In this document: positions 23,497-37,835 of the stretch, one piece after another
How the letters are laid out: each line of letters begins with the position of its first letter
Numbering within the stretch: the stretch's first letter is position 1
Assembly: GCA_030704615.1 (NCBI GenBank)
Contig: CM060732.1
Coordinates: 36,394,001 to 36,458,000 of the forward strand
Direction: 5' to 3'
Source of the DNA: Takakia lepidozioides
Taxonomy: Eukaryota; Plantae; Bryophyta
Length of the DNA stretch: 64,000 nt
Made by a program: the position numbers and the translations under genes
Notes under the pieces: model-generated
Seen by the model: only the letters and a program-made list of their open reading frames with translations
Database searches by the model: none
Told to the model about the DNA's origin: nothing

Positions 23497-25163
23497 GTGT
23501 ACGCCCTTTATGAAGTTTATTCTTTTTCTCTTCTCTCTCCCTTAAACCCTCCCTAGGGTTTGCTTCACCTGAATCGGCCCACCTCAGTGAACTGCTCCTT
23601 GAGGAGAAATCCAGAATACCCACGCAGTGCCCGAACTGTATGCACACTTGCTACTGTTTTGCACGAGTTGCACAGAAACCCGAAACACTTGCTCCCCCTT
23701 GATCCTGTGACACGCCTCCTAGTCTCCCTCCCTCTTCACCAGTCGCCTGTGGCTGTCTCCATGTCCTCTATTTCCCAGCGTCCACAGCGAGTGCTGTTCC
23801 TGCTCGAACCCAAACTTCTGCAGCAGTTGATACGTAGTATCTCCGTCAGATGCACAAACACCCAGGCCTCCCTCAATTTTTCGGAGCAGAGCCGTCAGCG
23901 AAAACGTAAGAGTTGAACTTCATGAGCGGACAGATCAGACCCGTAGTTCGCATTGTGTCCGGTTCTACCCACAGACCTCCAGCGAGTGGGTAGCTGCTGT
24001 ATGCCGGGAGAAATCGCCGAATGATGGAGAAGCGACTCACGCCCGTCATCTGCTTCCAGTGCTTGTCGATGGGAACGGTGCGGGAGGAGGCATCCCACCC
24101 TCGTTTTGAGGGGTCGTACCTAAGCCTTCGCAAGCTTTAGAGAGAGATGACTTCTCGCCTGCATTACATGCAACCACCTTCCACTTCGGCTAGGCTGGCT
24201 CTACTAAGCGAATGCCCAAGTTTCTTTAGGTGATGATAACTGAAGAGCCTCTGCCAACTGTGAACAGTATATATCACCTGTAGGGGTGCAAGATGGTGCT
24301 TTTTTGAAAGACTGCACTTGATTCTCCATGCAAGACAAAAACCACCCTCAGGCCCTTCCCTGCTTTCAAAAATATAATTATCCACATTGTCTTGGGAAGC
24401 TCACAGTAGGTCTTACAATCACTTCATACATACATATGCAGATTTGAGTTACCATACAGCTTGAAACACTCCTCACAATGCCTCAAGATGAAGAAGGTGA
24501 ACTCCAGTTATCTGCTGCAGGTCAGAAGGTACCTCCCAGAGGGAACCAGGCTAGCACCAATTACCCAACTCTCAATATACTTGACTCCATGTAATAAGAT
24601 TCCAGGAAGGATTCACCTGACTCTTGGCCAAGGAACTTTCGTCAGGCAAAACACAAGGCCGACAAGAGTATCAGTATAATTGAAGGAATTCTGAATTCTT
24701 GGCCTCCAATAAAACAGATTCCAAAGTTAGAAGTTTGATTGATCAAATTTCACCAGCACAATTTTTATCATACCTCGAGCATGTAAACTGAGAGAGAGCA
24801 AACTTTGCTCACAAAAGCCTTCTGGCCATAGAGCCAGCACCCACTTTGTGCCTTCCTCTCTGGGGTTATTAATCCTCCTGGAGGCAGTTGTGAGGTTTCA
24901 GCCCACCAGGGTACTTGCAGGCAGAAATCAAGCCAAAAAAAGTTGAGATCATGCAAAAGCCCATGTCAACCAGCTCCATAGATTTGGTCATCTTACATTG
25001 ATGGGGGGCCCAGTGTCCCAACAGAAGGGAAATGAAGTGAACCATCATTTTCTGTCTAGTACCGTACAACAATTTGTTTCTATCCCTACCTAGCTATTTG
25101 ATTTACACTTGAGCATGAACAGAACATAGAGCAATCGATGGCTGTCGGGCTGGCAGGGCATCA

Positions 25164-25870
25164 TTAGATAGTGGTTACTTGTGTCCACACCCCATCAACC
25201 GCTTCCTGCCACAATGTTACATAGTTCTTTGCATCTGAGACTGCCAGTATGTTCCCAGTCATGACCAGCTCACTCGCCACAATGCGGGTCTGCAACGTCA
25301 GCCCCTCCCATTGATCACCTTCTTTGCCCTGGGTCCATAGTTGACAAAACACACATGCCCAAATGGTGAGTATGGACAAGTTCTTCAACTGAAAAGTCAA
25401 CATGTACAGCAAGTATTTGAACGGATTAAATGTACCAAACTAATCTTCAATGTTTAAGATCCATACCTAGCTCCCATCTCCACTGTCCCATCTTGAGAGG
25501 CACTGGCTATGGTGCACTTGGGGAGCCCCAGATTGGGAGCCCAGGCTACATCACTCACCCAATCGTCATGTCTGGAAAGAGGAGGGAAGCAATCAAGCCT
25601 CCAGTTCCTTCTCCCCCACTAAAGAGCCTGGGGCAGCAGATCGGGCACATGAGACAGATGTCACTCCCCAGAATAAGGCTGCTTGATCTTGGTTTTCTCC
25701 CATGCACCATCAGCCTTGTGGGTTAAGACAGAAATGTCCTGCCTGATGAACCACAAACCAGACATAAACCAAACTCATGGGGAGCCCAGCGAATGCTCTT
25801 CACTGACCACTCATCCTCCTGGAAAATCTGCCATGAATGTACCACACATGAATAGTGAACCCACTTCAAA
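25164..25870 (-). pseudogene. SEC13: Sec13 middle and C-terminal fragments
   Basis: [87 protein letters not shown]...VTLWQEAVDGVWTQV*. Frameshifts and deletions present. Confidence 0.88.
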
Positions 25871-27445
25871 GGGAACATCTCGACATTATAACCCAAAACT
25901 GTATTGCTTAAACTTGCACAGAGTAGGCCGACGTGGGTCACACAGTCTTTCCGATCCTGCTAAACAGGGCATCTCACTTGCTTTTCTGTATCACAAAATC
26001 CAAGCTAGGTTTATTACAGCAGTTCTGCTAGAAGTTCCCTGATTTGCCATGAAGTATAGTTAGCTCAAGGGGTAGCAAGTGGGCTTTGGTAACTGAAGGG
26101 TGAGTGGACATCAAGCAGGAGTGGACAAGGACAATATATAGGGCAAATTGACTCAATAGTACTCACAATGTAGGTCACTTGACTAGAGGCCAATATTAGG
26201 CAAGGGAGGAGAGACCAGGAGAGGTTTAACTCGAAACCATGCTTTCCCAGAAGGGGTGCTCGTTGGCTGGGTGGATATTCTACAAGAGTGTAATCAGCAA
26301 AGGAAAGGAAAAGTTCCAGTCTGGGTTATGGTGAATTGGACACCTCAGATCTTGCAAACCTAGCAATTCTGGTCTCCATGAAATTCAGACGTCATTCCTG
26401 CCTTTCTTCCGTCATCCGATGCAGTCTCTTGTATTCAGCAAGAACACGGGCAACAGAGTCTAGTCCGCTGAATGCTTCACCTGTACCAACTCCTACCCAA
26501 AATCATTTAGACCTGAACAAATCGTAAAGCCATGTGGGATTCTTCGTGGATTAGAACAGTCGGGACATTGCTCGAAACAGACGTTTCGGTACCAAAGCAA
26601 GGCGTGTGACACCCATGATGGACAAGGGTGTCTGAAGGGGTTCATCTCTCTCTCCACCCTCAAGCAGTCTCGAGTAAGATTCTAGATCGGCTCCACCCAT
26701 TCCTTGAACAAGAGGCTGGGAACTACAAGCAATTTAACTCTTTCGATTCAAACACTGTAACCTACCTGCTCCTGCGTCCACTCATCGTTCTCCGCGCCCT
26801 CCCCTGCAGATGATCACTTTTCGGTCGTGCGAGCAAGAGGCAATGACAGAACCAAACTTAGGATGAGCCCACTGACTCTATGCTTAGCATACCTGCCTGT
26901 TGTGATGGCTCTCTCTACCCATACTCCCTTCTGTCTTCTTCGCCATTCGTTCCACTCTCTTTCTCCATCCCCAAAATCCAACCCACTCTCGCCTTCTGCC
27001 TTCTTTATCATTCTTGCCCATGAAATCTCTGCTTCCTTGCTTGCGCCATACAAGTTCCTTCTTCCCCTAAAAGCTATGGAGTTCTAATTAGAGTACGAAC
27101 TAATTTCTCTCGTTGACTTTCGTCTATGATTCGTCGGGAAATCGTCAAAGACGTGTCTCTGAACGATCTTTGACTTGGGCATCCGTCGAGAATTTTTGTC
27201 CCATCTAAAAATGTTAACTGAGTGTCGAACGAAGTCTGAACGAAGGTTTTTTTATTTTCCCACGTATGCCTGCCTAAACTCGGGCTTCCAGATCTTGGAT
27301 TGCGGAGAGGCAGAGAACTAAAGGAAAGATGCGGAGTAATATTTGACGGGGTTTTCAAGTTGCAGGGATGGGAGAGATGATTTGAGGTCTGTTCTATGGT
27401 GGGTTTTATCTGGAAATCAAGGGTTGGAGGGCGCGGGCGGCAGAG

Positions 27446-29759
27446 ATGTCAGGGCAGAGAACCGCTAGCAATCCGCAGCAGACCCTCGCGTTGCTGGTAG
27501 CCAAGAGGGAGAAGCTGCAAGAAGAGCTTCGCGTTGTTGAGAAACAGGTTTGTGGCTTACGTTGGGTTTTGTGGTTCATTTGACACAATACATACTTGTG
27601 GAACTCTGTTTGGATGTTTGATTGCGGGGGCTTGGCACGTTCAGATTATGCTTGTGTGTGTGCAATTGTATACTCCAGGAACGCCGGGAGATTTTCCCAA
27701 AAAGTTGCTTAGTGAAACAGCATCAGCTTTGTAGAGGGCAGCATTTTCAATATTGAGGAGCTCTCATGAAGGAGGCTTTCCCTCCTCTCCTTTCCCTGGT
27801 GGGTTAAAGCCCTGCAACTGGCTGCGGAAGGGTTAGTGTACGGTGACAGAGTATTCCCTGATATTTCTTGTAAGAAATTAAGTGGACGAAATAATGTTGC
27901 TCCTGACTCCTGGAGGCTGTCTGATTCCAGCTGTGTTGTTGGGAAAGGAATTGCTCTGGGCTGCTGTAGCCTCTGTCCTAGATGCCACTGATGGAAGGTC
28001 GGCAAGCAAAGCCATCGAATGGCAGCTGCCCAATAAGGGAAGGCTAACTTGTGAAGATTTTGCATGCAAGGTATATGATTTGGAGACCACTTACTTGCAC
28101 GATGCAAGCCAGTCAGGAAATGTACTTAAAGGATTTGAAGGGTTTCTTTCATCCACAAAAAGTGCAGGCAAGTAAGTGATCCTGCTGAATACTGCACACT
28201 ACAGCAAACCTTGTTGTGAATTCATGTGGTGATGCTTCACCGCAATAGCTGCTCCTTGATAGTGAGATGTACTAATCTCTCATGAGGGTTGACGTTTCCT
28301 CAATTCTTTATTAGGACTGTCTCTTTGACCAAGATGTCCTCTGGCTTGCACCAGTTGTAACCCATGTGCCTGTGGAAGCACCACTGGGCAGGGGGAGAAA
28401 ATGATATAGCTGGGAATACACCCTCAAGGGATCCTGGAACCACACAGTGAAAGAGAACACTTCTGTCAAGGCTTTCTCGATGCTTCAGTATGTTTGTGTT
28501 CTTGAAGAAAATAAACACCTTTGAATGTAACCTTGGATTTAGGTGAAGAAAAGTATGCCTGTACCCAGTGTAGGCAACAAACTTGATATGAGTTTTCCTT
28601 TTGGCAGTCTGAAGCGACCACGAAAATTCCAGTTTGAGGATCGTCTTTTCTCTCTATCTTCAGTAACATCTCCTGCGGTAAGTATTGTTCAGGGTACTGT
28701 CCTAGATGGTTGGATTGGGCATTTTGAGGATGTAAAAACTTTTGGTAATGATACTCTAAGATATTATATATGTAAATACTTAGTTAATACTTTGTTATTA
28801 CTTCGGTAAGATGTGAAGGTTTGGATACACAATTGCCAGTGCGGCCACATCCACACTCATGATATGCTGAACTTTAAAACCCATGCGCCCATTTTGTATG
28901 CTTGACACCAGAAAGACGTTTCATTCCTCTGTGTATTTTTTTTTATTATGCTGCAGGTAGAGGAGAACGCGGCAGGACGTGATGCTGGTACTCTTGAGCT
29001 TTTATGGGCTAGGTCCTTTCAATCAAAAGCAACTTAATTCTGAAACTGGTGTTCATCAGTGAGGTTTGGAGCTAAATTTGTTCTCATTTTTTAAAGTGCG
29101 GAGTGAGCAGTGGGATCCAAACAGCAGCATGACATTGGCGGAGGTTTAATGCGGTGCAAGCAACTAGTGCAATTGCGCCTTTCGATTCACATTAGACTTT
29201 ATCAATGATAATCTGCTGTCATTGATATGGTGCAGATGGAAGGATGGACGGTATGGGGCCTGGACGGAACAAGGCTGGGGGAACTCCTTCAAATGGGCCG
29301 TAAGTGTTTGCCTTTCTGGACTGAAAGTCTCTCTCTTAGTGTGTTAGTCCTTTGGAAGCAACATGTTTGCTTATCAATTCTTACATGGTGCTGCCCAAGG
29401 TAGTCTTAGGTGAGCTATTCAGTGACTAAGATATCTTCATATCCAAATAGCAACTAGGGAATTAAATGTGTCTGGAGCGTGCTGGGATTAGCTACTGAGA
29501 CAGTATGTTTTGATGTTGGTACTTATATGTGGATGATTGCTCACATAATTTAGTCCTCTCTGTGGAGACAGGTGGCTATTTGTTAATTTAGAAGAGATTT
29601 TGAGGTGTCTGGCATGAATATAACACCTTGCAAGTTTGCTGTGTGGGCAGAGGTAAGCCAAAACGGGGGCGGACTGGTCCTAGGGAGGGCAAACGCATAA
29701 AGCAAGTCAATGAGCAAGAGCTTGAGGAAGAGGATGATGCTGATCTACTGCCTAGGTAA
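27446..29759 (+). CDS. EAF6: Chromatin modification-related protein EAF6/MEAF6 (NuA4 HAT subunit), 158 aa; exons 27446-27547, 28071-28171, 28608-28677, 28957-28987, 29236-29299, 29651-29759
   Basis: Spliced frame MSGQRTASNPQQTLALLVAKREKLQEELRVVEKQ-VYDLETTYL...GNVLKGFEGFL...EDRLFSLSSVTSPA. All introns are GT-AG with consistent phases. Confidence 0.93.
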
Positions 29760-31541
29760 TCGTTTTGTTGTCGGGTTGAACGGTGCTTGACTATTGGCGA
29801 TCTTCTTGGCTAGCCATGTTTCTCTTCTTTCTTGTTTTCTTTTTCAGGTTTTCTGTTCTTCTGTTCCATTGTTGTGCTTGTTTTGAAGTTTGCACTCCTC
29901 GCTTACGGGGTTCTTTTCTGTTTCTTGTTACTTTTTCGGTTATTATGATGGTCTTGTTGAATGCTGAATCTAATTCTTTGCCTAATCTTTCTGTTAACAC
30001 TCCCGACAAGATGACAAAAATTTAGTCTATTTGCATGCATTGTCAGGGGATGATAAAGTATGGGGGTCTTGGCAGCTGGTCATTGCTCTTCCAAGAGTTG
30101 GTTGAATTGTCTTGCTTTCTGTGACTGCCTAAGATTTAAGGGATAGTTTTTCTTGTCGTACTTCCTTTTTTCTTCTTGGTAATTTCTTCCTTAGATCTTT
30201 TCTCTCGTTCCAAAGTCATGTGGAATGATTACTTCAGCTGTCAATATGGCTAGCAAACTTTTCAAACCTGAGACTGACGGTTAGGATGTACCCAGGCGTG
30301 AGCTCCTCTTGGTTGGAAGGACCACACGCCCTAACATTGGTGAACAGACTAGACTTTGGTCTCACATCAGTATGTTCGTGGCCTGCAGGCAACTGGTGCC
30401 ATGACGAAACTGTTGCAGCAGTGAAGACTAGACATACTCGCTTGTTGAAAAGAACCTCTACATTGATGGAACCTTTCGCTGGCTACAATTGCCCCGACTT
30501 AGGTGTGAAGTAGCAACATCAATTTAGTAGAAAAGTTGGCTATTATGAGGTTGAGATAAAAGATTTTCTGAATCACGATTATTAGTGTCAGTTAGAATGG
30601 CGCACATACTATCTGTTGGGTTTGTAGAGAACTGTCAAGTTTTATCTTAGTTGTCAGACTCTTGTGTAAGATCTTGGTTCTTTAGTTCCCTTATGAATGT
30701 ATACTCTCCCCTTGAGAAGGTGTGGTATGGCTTATCTGCTGAATATTATTGAGTCCACAGATATTCAATTCAATTCCATAAAGTCCAGAAGCTGACTTTA
30801 TTTCCTCTCACAACAAAATCTTTCCAACGCTGTACAAGTGTGAAGATACTCACAGGTCATAGCTTATCTGCAATCTTCCTGCATCTGCAAACAACAGCTA
30901 GAACCTTATTGGGAACAAATGTTCTAGACAGACAGCATGAATGCAACTGTCTTACTATATTTGAGGGCCCTTGACCAACATGCAGAGTCCTCAGTAGTAT
31001 CTGGTGAAATTTGCAGTGTCCAGTTGTAGTTATGTCACATGATTTGAAGTGTTTTAAGAGACTAAGATATGTTTCTTGTATATTTCTGCAAACTTTTCAC
31101 TGAGGGTAGTGCTCTCAGTTACTGGGGGAAGAAGCTCTATGCTGTGCCGGAGTTGGCCACAGGTTCTTCTCCCGCTCCCTGTATGTCGTGAGGATAATGT
31201 CCATGGTCCTTGAGTCCACAGGTAATGTTTGGTGCTCCATAATTGCATCACTCCACACCTTGCACCTTAGCTTATCTACAGGAAGGTAGGCAGTCTGGGG
31301 AACCAGGCATTTGTTGCTGGCTTAGTTTGACATCTGTTCATACTTTCTCTAATCTAATTTGACTACACTGGTGCTAAGGGAGGTTATGACTAGTGACTTG
31401 ACCACTATTGCAGGTTTCAAATCGTTCATGCTCAACCCGTTCTTGAGTCCTTGTAAGTTCCCTCATCTACATAGGGAAAGGGATTGGAGTGGAGAGAGTA
31501 GCTGAAGATAGAATGGGGTTGCCTTGCTCTTCACAGCCTTC

Positions 31542-34500
31542 TCATGTTAGCCTTTTTGTAACGTTCACCTGCAATCCATTAGCCAGTAACAAAGTGGACA
31601 TTTGACGGTACTTGACCGAAAACCCTGGCACAACTTGGAATTGGAAAAATCGACAGAGGATGGCTGTCACCATTCTCATCTGCAAGTAGGCCATGTCTTT
31701 CCCCAAGCAAATTCGAGGTCCTGCCTGCAGCCCATAAGAAACATGGGAAGTTTGTGTCAGCTCCTCAAATAGTTTTGAGCTTTAGTGATGCATGCAAACT
31801 CTTATGATCCCAACTACATGAATCTAGTCCCAAGCATTTCACTGAGACAGCTTCTGCACACGCACCTGGAAAGCAGTGAATTTAAATGGAGATTCTGTCC
31901 GTATAACTCCATCATCTGTGATCCATCGCTCTGGCTTGAATTCGCTGGCATCGGGGCCCCAGATGTACTCCATGCGGCCCATGGCATAGGGGCAATAACA
32001 CACCATATTCCCTTTCCTGACTTTTGTTCCATCCGGGAGGACGTCATCAGCCAGAACACCTTTAGGATCCTGTGTTGACAACAGCGTTCTTCCATTTAGA
32101 CCACCATTATCAAGTACAAGAGTACACAGAAGTGCGAGCATTTGAAAGGTATTAATGATCAGGAGAAACAGCCATAGGGAAAGATAGACAGGCATGCAAG
32201 AGCGTGTAAGAGATTAGATACAGAAATAAAGCAAGAGAAGGACGTATTCTCACTTGAGGGACAGCCGGATATAACCGCAGAGTTTCCATGATAGCTGCAG
32301 TCAAGTAATGCAACTTTGATAGTGACTCAATCGTCAGGTGTTGTGAAAAGTCCACAACTCGCTGGTTGAAGCTTTCCTCGTCTCCGGAATGGCCGTTTCT
32401 CTCCTCATTACTTGAGCCTCTCTCTCTTTCTTCCTCCAACGAGCACAACTCCTTGTAGAGCTTGTGGGCCACGTCTGGATGCAAAGTCATCATGTACACA
32501 AACCATGACAGAGTCACAGCAGTCGTGTCACGCCCAGCTATAACGAAATTCAGCATTGTGTCACGGAGACTCTTGTTCATCAATTGCTCATCACCCTCAT
32601 TCTCATTCAACGCTAAGAACCTGGTGAACAGGTCTCCGCGTGTCTGTAAGGCAGCCCACAGAAGCGCATTCACAGATTTGTAAATGATTTGAAAAACTTT
32701 GAGAACTCCTGAAATTATGACACCTAGCTGTACCTACACAGTTTGCTATTCAGGTTAATTTTGCTGCATCTTTCTCTCACACTCAAACCCAGACACATGC
32801 TGTCTCCTACCCGAAGTTCCTTCAGCATCTTCCAGCTGCCATGCATTCTACTGATTACTAATGAATTCCCTGGGTGTGTTAAGCTCTTGTTAAGGGCTAG
32901 ATGGACAAGATAGGAGAAACTCTGAAGATCTTGATTCACTCTCGAGACCAATCCTATCAACTAAAGCAGCTGATTCAAAGGGTCAAGAAGTGGGTTTTTT
33001 TGGCCTACAAAAGCAGTACTTCAACTAAGCTTGAGAAAGAAAAAGTCAGTTTATGCAATCATTTGGAAGATTTGTGATAAGCTTTGAAAGAAAAGAGTGG
33101 AGGGAACGCCCTTATACCGTTGTTGGCGCCCGATCGCCACTTTTTTGTGCTGCTCTCACTTCAGCTTTCCTGGTCTCAATCACTCCGTAAGTGAATTCGT
33201 CAACCGCCTTCGCGCTGCGCACTATTTTGGCCTCTGATCCAATCTTGAAAAATCGTTTGATTTTCCACCAAGGATCAATAAATCGATGTGACACTACCTC
33301 GTTTGTGGTCTCGAAGGCCTTTGCAAAAGGGACCTGAGGTAGGGAAGGAGCAAGTGTCCCCACCTCAATCCCAAAACTGAGTTTGCAGATCGAGTCCAAT
33401 GTCAGCCGCATGAAAAGATCCTGCGACAGCCACCTCCACGTCAACATGCAAGTTCAAGCATAAACTATCTTCCCTCTGCCAAAACTGTTACCCACTCATA
33501 AGAGTGCCTAGTTTGAAGAGGGTACTGTTTATTGGGGGCATCAATTGCTGGTTTTGCCCGACGTCACCAGATGAATACACCTCGAAGGCTGCACTTGCAA
33601 GTTCGTCTGATTTCTTGCAGTACCGAGTTTGTAACATGGTGATATTATTGTTGATCTTCTAATATGCTAAACCTGGCGGCTCCGCCCTTAAGTGAAAATC
33701 ATCAAACTGGCGTTGAAGGCCAAGTCCTTCAAAGCCTGAAGTCAGGAGATAGGTGCAAGATTCAGCAGAGAATACTGCACCTGTATATATGCAAGCTATT
33801 TGAAACTATGTCATCCCTGACTTGGAAAGAGAATTGATTGAATGATCTGAAAAGCTTACACCAGGCTTTGGGCCTTCACTAATATTAATTATACATCGTT
33901 CACAAAGTTTTGTTGGACAGATATTTTCTGACATTGATACTCATAGAATGAACCTGTGTCCAGACTTCAGACCATCGCAAAAGTGAATCTTACAAACCTG
34001 CATGTCGACTGCTTGAGGCAGCGTAGCGGCGTGGGTGAGGATAGCGGCAAGCTTGATACCGTGTTCTCTGAAAACCCCCGAACTGTAATCACGGAGTGTT
34101 CTGGAGGCAAATTCAATGATAGCTGTCTTGCGTTGCTTGCGCCACAACTCTCCATCCGTGTTGAAAATTCCGTCTCCCAAAAAGATCTCCATGGCCTCGT
34201 GGAAGAGCTCCCCCTTTAAAATCACACACAGGTTGAATACCTTGTTAGCTGATGATTTGAGTAATCATGTGTCCTTAGAAGTTTATTGCGATTGAAGCGT
34301 TGATTGGAGGCGTTGGGGTATGACTAAACTAAACGTCATTCATTTGGAAATCAGCTCATCAACGCTCCCTTATAGCCTTCAGATGACGAATGCTGACATT
34401 CAGTAGCCATTCACTACAAATTTCCAATTAGAGTTTAAGAGAGACCTTGGGATAGTTCGGAAAATTATTCTTGAGGATGTGCTCCACGTTGCTGGGATGC

Positions 34501-34730
34501 ACAGTGTAGATGTAGGTGACATTGGGCAGCTCCACTAAGAAGGTGGGGACTTTTCTAAAGTAAGAGATGAGCCAGTCATGCATGTGATCGTAGTGCCACA
34601 ACACCTCCAGAACAGCCCCCACAAGCGGCCATCGCGTGGGTCCGGACGTCCCACGCTGCTTCCATAGGTCCAGCAGCATCCATATGATCCCAACTAGCAT
34701 GGCAGTACCAACTACGACTGCGATATTCAT
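31542..34730 (-). CDS. CYP704: Cytochrome P450, CYP704 family (CYP86 clan, CYP704B-like fatty-acid omega-hydroxylase), ~526 aa; exons 34730-34446, 34213-33998, 33420-33118, 32643-32254, 32069-31866, 31724-31542
   Basis: NVEHILKNNFPNYPK, LGDGIFNTDGELWRKQRK, NFVIAGRDTT, ETLRLYPAVP, FKPERW and heme motif FQAGPRICLG. All introns are GT-AG, phase 0. The start codon could lie slightly upstream. Confidence 0.93.
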
Positions 34731-36212
34731 GTTGCTCCAGCTCGGTCGTCCAATAGTTCGATCGCTAAGTGGAAAACTGACCCTCGGAACAACCATCTGA
34801 CTTCCAGAATGCATCTCTTCTTACTCTACTGCCCAGGAGCTCGTGTTCTGCGGCTTGTCTGTCCTCTGATGGAGAGAACCCCACCCGAACCCCACTTCAA
34901 CTTCAATCTCACAGGATCAGCAAGCTCAACTCCTGGTTCACGCTTCACCAGACAACACGAGGGGGGAATAGCACAGAGAGAGCTACAGACTAGAGCTCAA
35001 GAGAACTTCCAAGCAGCTCCAGAGATTACTTCTACTTCTCTGCGAGCGTCAGATAGCCAGAGATTGCTCCTGTCAGAGATCACAGTGTCCAATACCTGGA
35101 GCAGCAGATGATTCTGCAGTGTTGGTAAGTAACGAAGATCAAGTTTTGCTGATTATAGTCCAGAGGGAGCTCGGAGAGCAAAGTCAATGGCGAAGAGAGA
35201 AGTGAGAGTGGAGAAGCGTGTTGTCTGCAGAGGTCTTAAATAGAGAGCATGGCAAGGACGGCCCAGAGAGAGCAGACAAGGTCGGCACACGCTCTTCTCT
35301 GCAACCCTGATCTCCACCTCCACGCTAACAGCTGTACCGTGCTGACGACATTCCAGCGTAATGCGCCCCTTGTCATTCACACGGGGGTAAATTATGGGCT
35401 TCCGTGTTTTTTAGATGGACAGAGCCATCCATCTCTGGCTGCTTCATCCGACTCACATTCGTTACTCTGTTGTTGGGATGCACAGACCTCCGTCTCCGCT
35501 GGATGAACTCATCCAGCTTGGTTGGAGTTTTCCCCAAGTAAGCAAATGTAGGGGACAAGCCGTTCCCCCCTTTTTTTTTTTTTAGTTTTTTTTGGTGGGA
35601 AAAATCCCAAAATGCCTCTAATACAGAAAATGAAGTTTCTGTGGGAGGCACCGCCCTTGTATTATATATTGTGACATGACTCATAGCGACGGAATTCATT
35701 TATTGTTGGGCCACAGGGTAGATGGGGTAGGTGCCGAGGATTCGCACACGTTCCCACAAAATAAAAGCGTGGCAAAACCAAACAACATCATGGACACAAA
35801 ACTGAGCTTTCCGATACGTAACATCCCACTTGCAATTACCGCTTGCTACCAATTTTTTTTGGACACATATCCGGTGTTTGACCCGGATTTCAAGAAGATT
35901 CGAGAGCTGCATGGCTTCTTCTCTTCTGTTGTTCATAAGAAAAGGAAGAAGGAAGGAAGCACAAATTTCCGGGAGTCCATGAAGGCGATAGATGTTGTCA
36001 CCTATGGACGGGACATAAAGTAACTTTTGCTGTCTCTTTACGCCGGGTAATGCACTCCGGGCTTTCCCCGAAATCGTGCATCGCACTCATTCAGCTACCG
36101 CCTCGTGCCGTCGAAAGATCATTCCGGAGACATCCTATCTATAGTATGGTGTGTAGTTTTCAACTTTTCTCCACCCGGCCACGGTTGTCGGGAAATATTT
36201 AGTAAATTAAGG

Positions 36213-36217
<5 letters not shown>

Positions 36218-36243
<26 letters not shown>

Positions 36244-36262
36244 TACATTATATTATATATTA
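36218..36262. repeat. (TA)n microsatellite
   Basis: Run of atatatat followed by degenerate TA. Similar short runs near 38975 and 40170. Confidence 0.9.
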
Positions 36263-37761
36263 TCCAGGGACTAGAAATACGGTGAAATTTGGCTAGTCAA
36301 AGACGTTGACTATTCTGGTCAAATTGGTTGACTTGGTTAGTTAGCGTTACACGTGCTACAGCAGAACTAACCCACCACTAGCGACTGGCCACCTCATCAT
36401 GACCTGCACCAACAGGTCATATGCGAGAAACCACCGGCCAGGCTTCACCAAGAACGCGTTGACCTGCCACGTCAGGTCCCGGATTGTGACATCGGCACGC
36501 AGAGAAACCGCTGGAAGGTGGAAGGGTGGAAGGTTCCCAGGAACCTTCTGGGGACTTTCGGCGGTTTCTTAAACACGTTGAATTGTGGAGTCTAGCGTGA
36601 TAGGGCCCACCCTTGAGAGGGGAAGTAGCCCTGAGGCCAAGTGGCTATATAAGTTACGCTGGTTTGGGCCGGAGTCTTCTCTCTATAGTCTAGCGTGGCT
36701 ACTAGAGGCCACTTCCGGGTGTTCGCACCATGGGCTTGCGCCAACCATGAACACACTTTCGGCCACAGTCAAAAGCAACCCTGGACCTGTCAAAAAATGC
36801 AGCCGTGTGTTCTTCCGGCGTGACACCCGGAGTGGGCTCTCCACTCCTTGTTTCGCATGGTGTAAAGAAAGAATAAGAGGGCTCCGCGTGGGCCACGGGG
36901 ACCTTTGTGACCGTCCATGTGTCGCAGGGGATATCAAAAAGGCAATGATGCATTACAATTCAATTAGTTATATAGTACAAAGCATAGTACCAAAAAGGCA
37001 TTCAGGTGAATTGTCCTTGCATTTTTTTATTTTTTTCAGAGTACAACAAGCAATTCAATTAAACGGTTGGCACTGCAACCGTGGTTTTTACTTTTTAAGG
37101 AAAAAAGGTGGGGAGCCCTTTTTAGTTTTAATTTTTAATTTTTCAAAAATCACGAGAGGGCCACCTGTAAATTCTACCTACTGCCAATACCATGTGGCGA
37201 GGATAACGTGATGACAGGGGGTAGAAAAGTGGCATATATAACAGGTGGCACGTTTCAGCAGGTCCACAATGGCAACATCAAATTCCTGATACATGAGCTT
37301 TTTGGTGCATTTTTTGGATTTTACCCAATAATTCTCTTTTGTACAAATAGCCAAGTCATTTTCCAGGATAAAATCTGGCGAATTTGACATATAGCTATAC
37401 CAATGACATATAACATATGACTATGACATTATTTTAATTAACATAATATATTGTAATAAAATTTATAAATACATTACAATTCAATTGAATTGCACTACGT
37501 GTTAAAATTGAGTTCAAGGTGTTTTTTACTAGATCTTTTTTCTTTTGTTATATGGCAAACTGAACCCACATGTACATACTTATTAACCCCAAACCCATCA
37601 AAATCCTCAGAGTCCTTTCCATATTGTAGCATCACCAGGCTCCCAGCAGCTTACATGCCTGATTTCGTCTGTTCTTGGAGGATTTGAAGTATTCGAATGG
37701 ATGTAAGTAGTGTTCCTGAGTCCTCCACCAACCGGAATACAATTTTCTACTGTGCGTCTCC

Positions 37762-37835
37762 CTTTTATTTTCTTTTTATTTTCTTTTTTCTTAAGGAACA
37801 GGGACAGAGGCCCTGGAGAATTTTATTAATAAGGT
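37762..37835 (-). mobile_element. Possible LINE/retroposed 3' end
   Basis: On the minus strand, AATAAA is followed ~30 nt later by an A-rich tail. A similar arrangement occurs near 38085-38140. Confidence 0.35.

Noticed and set aside
23873-24133. 86-aa ORF upstream of the PPR-like gene
   Set aside because: No recognisable family and no splice structure I could support.
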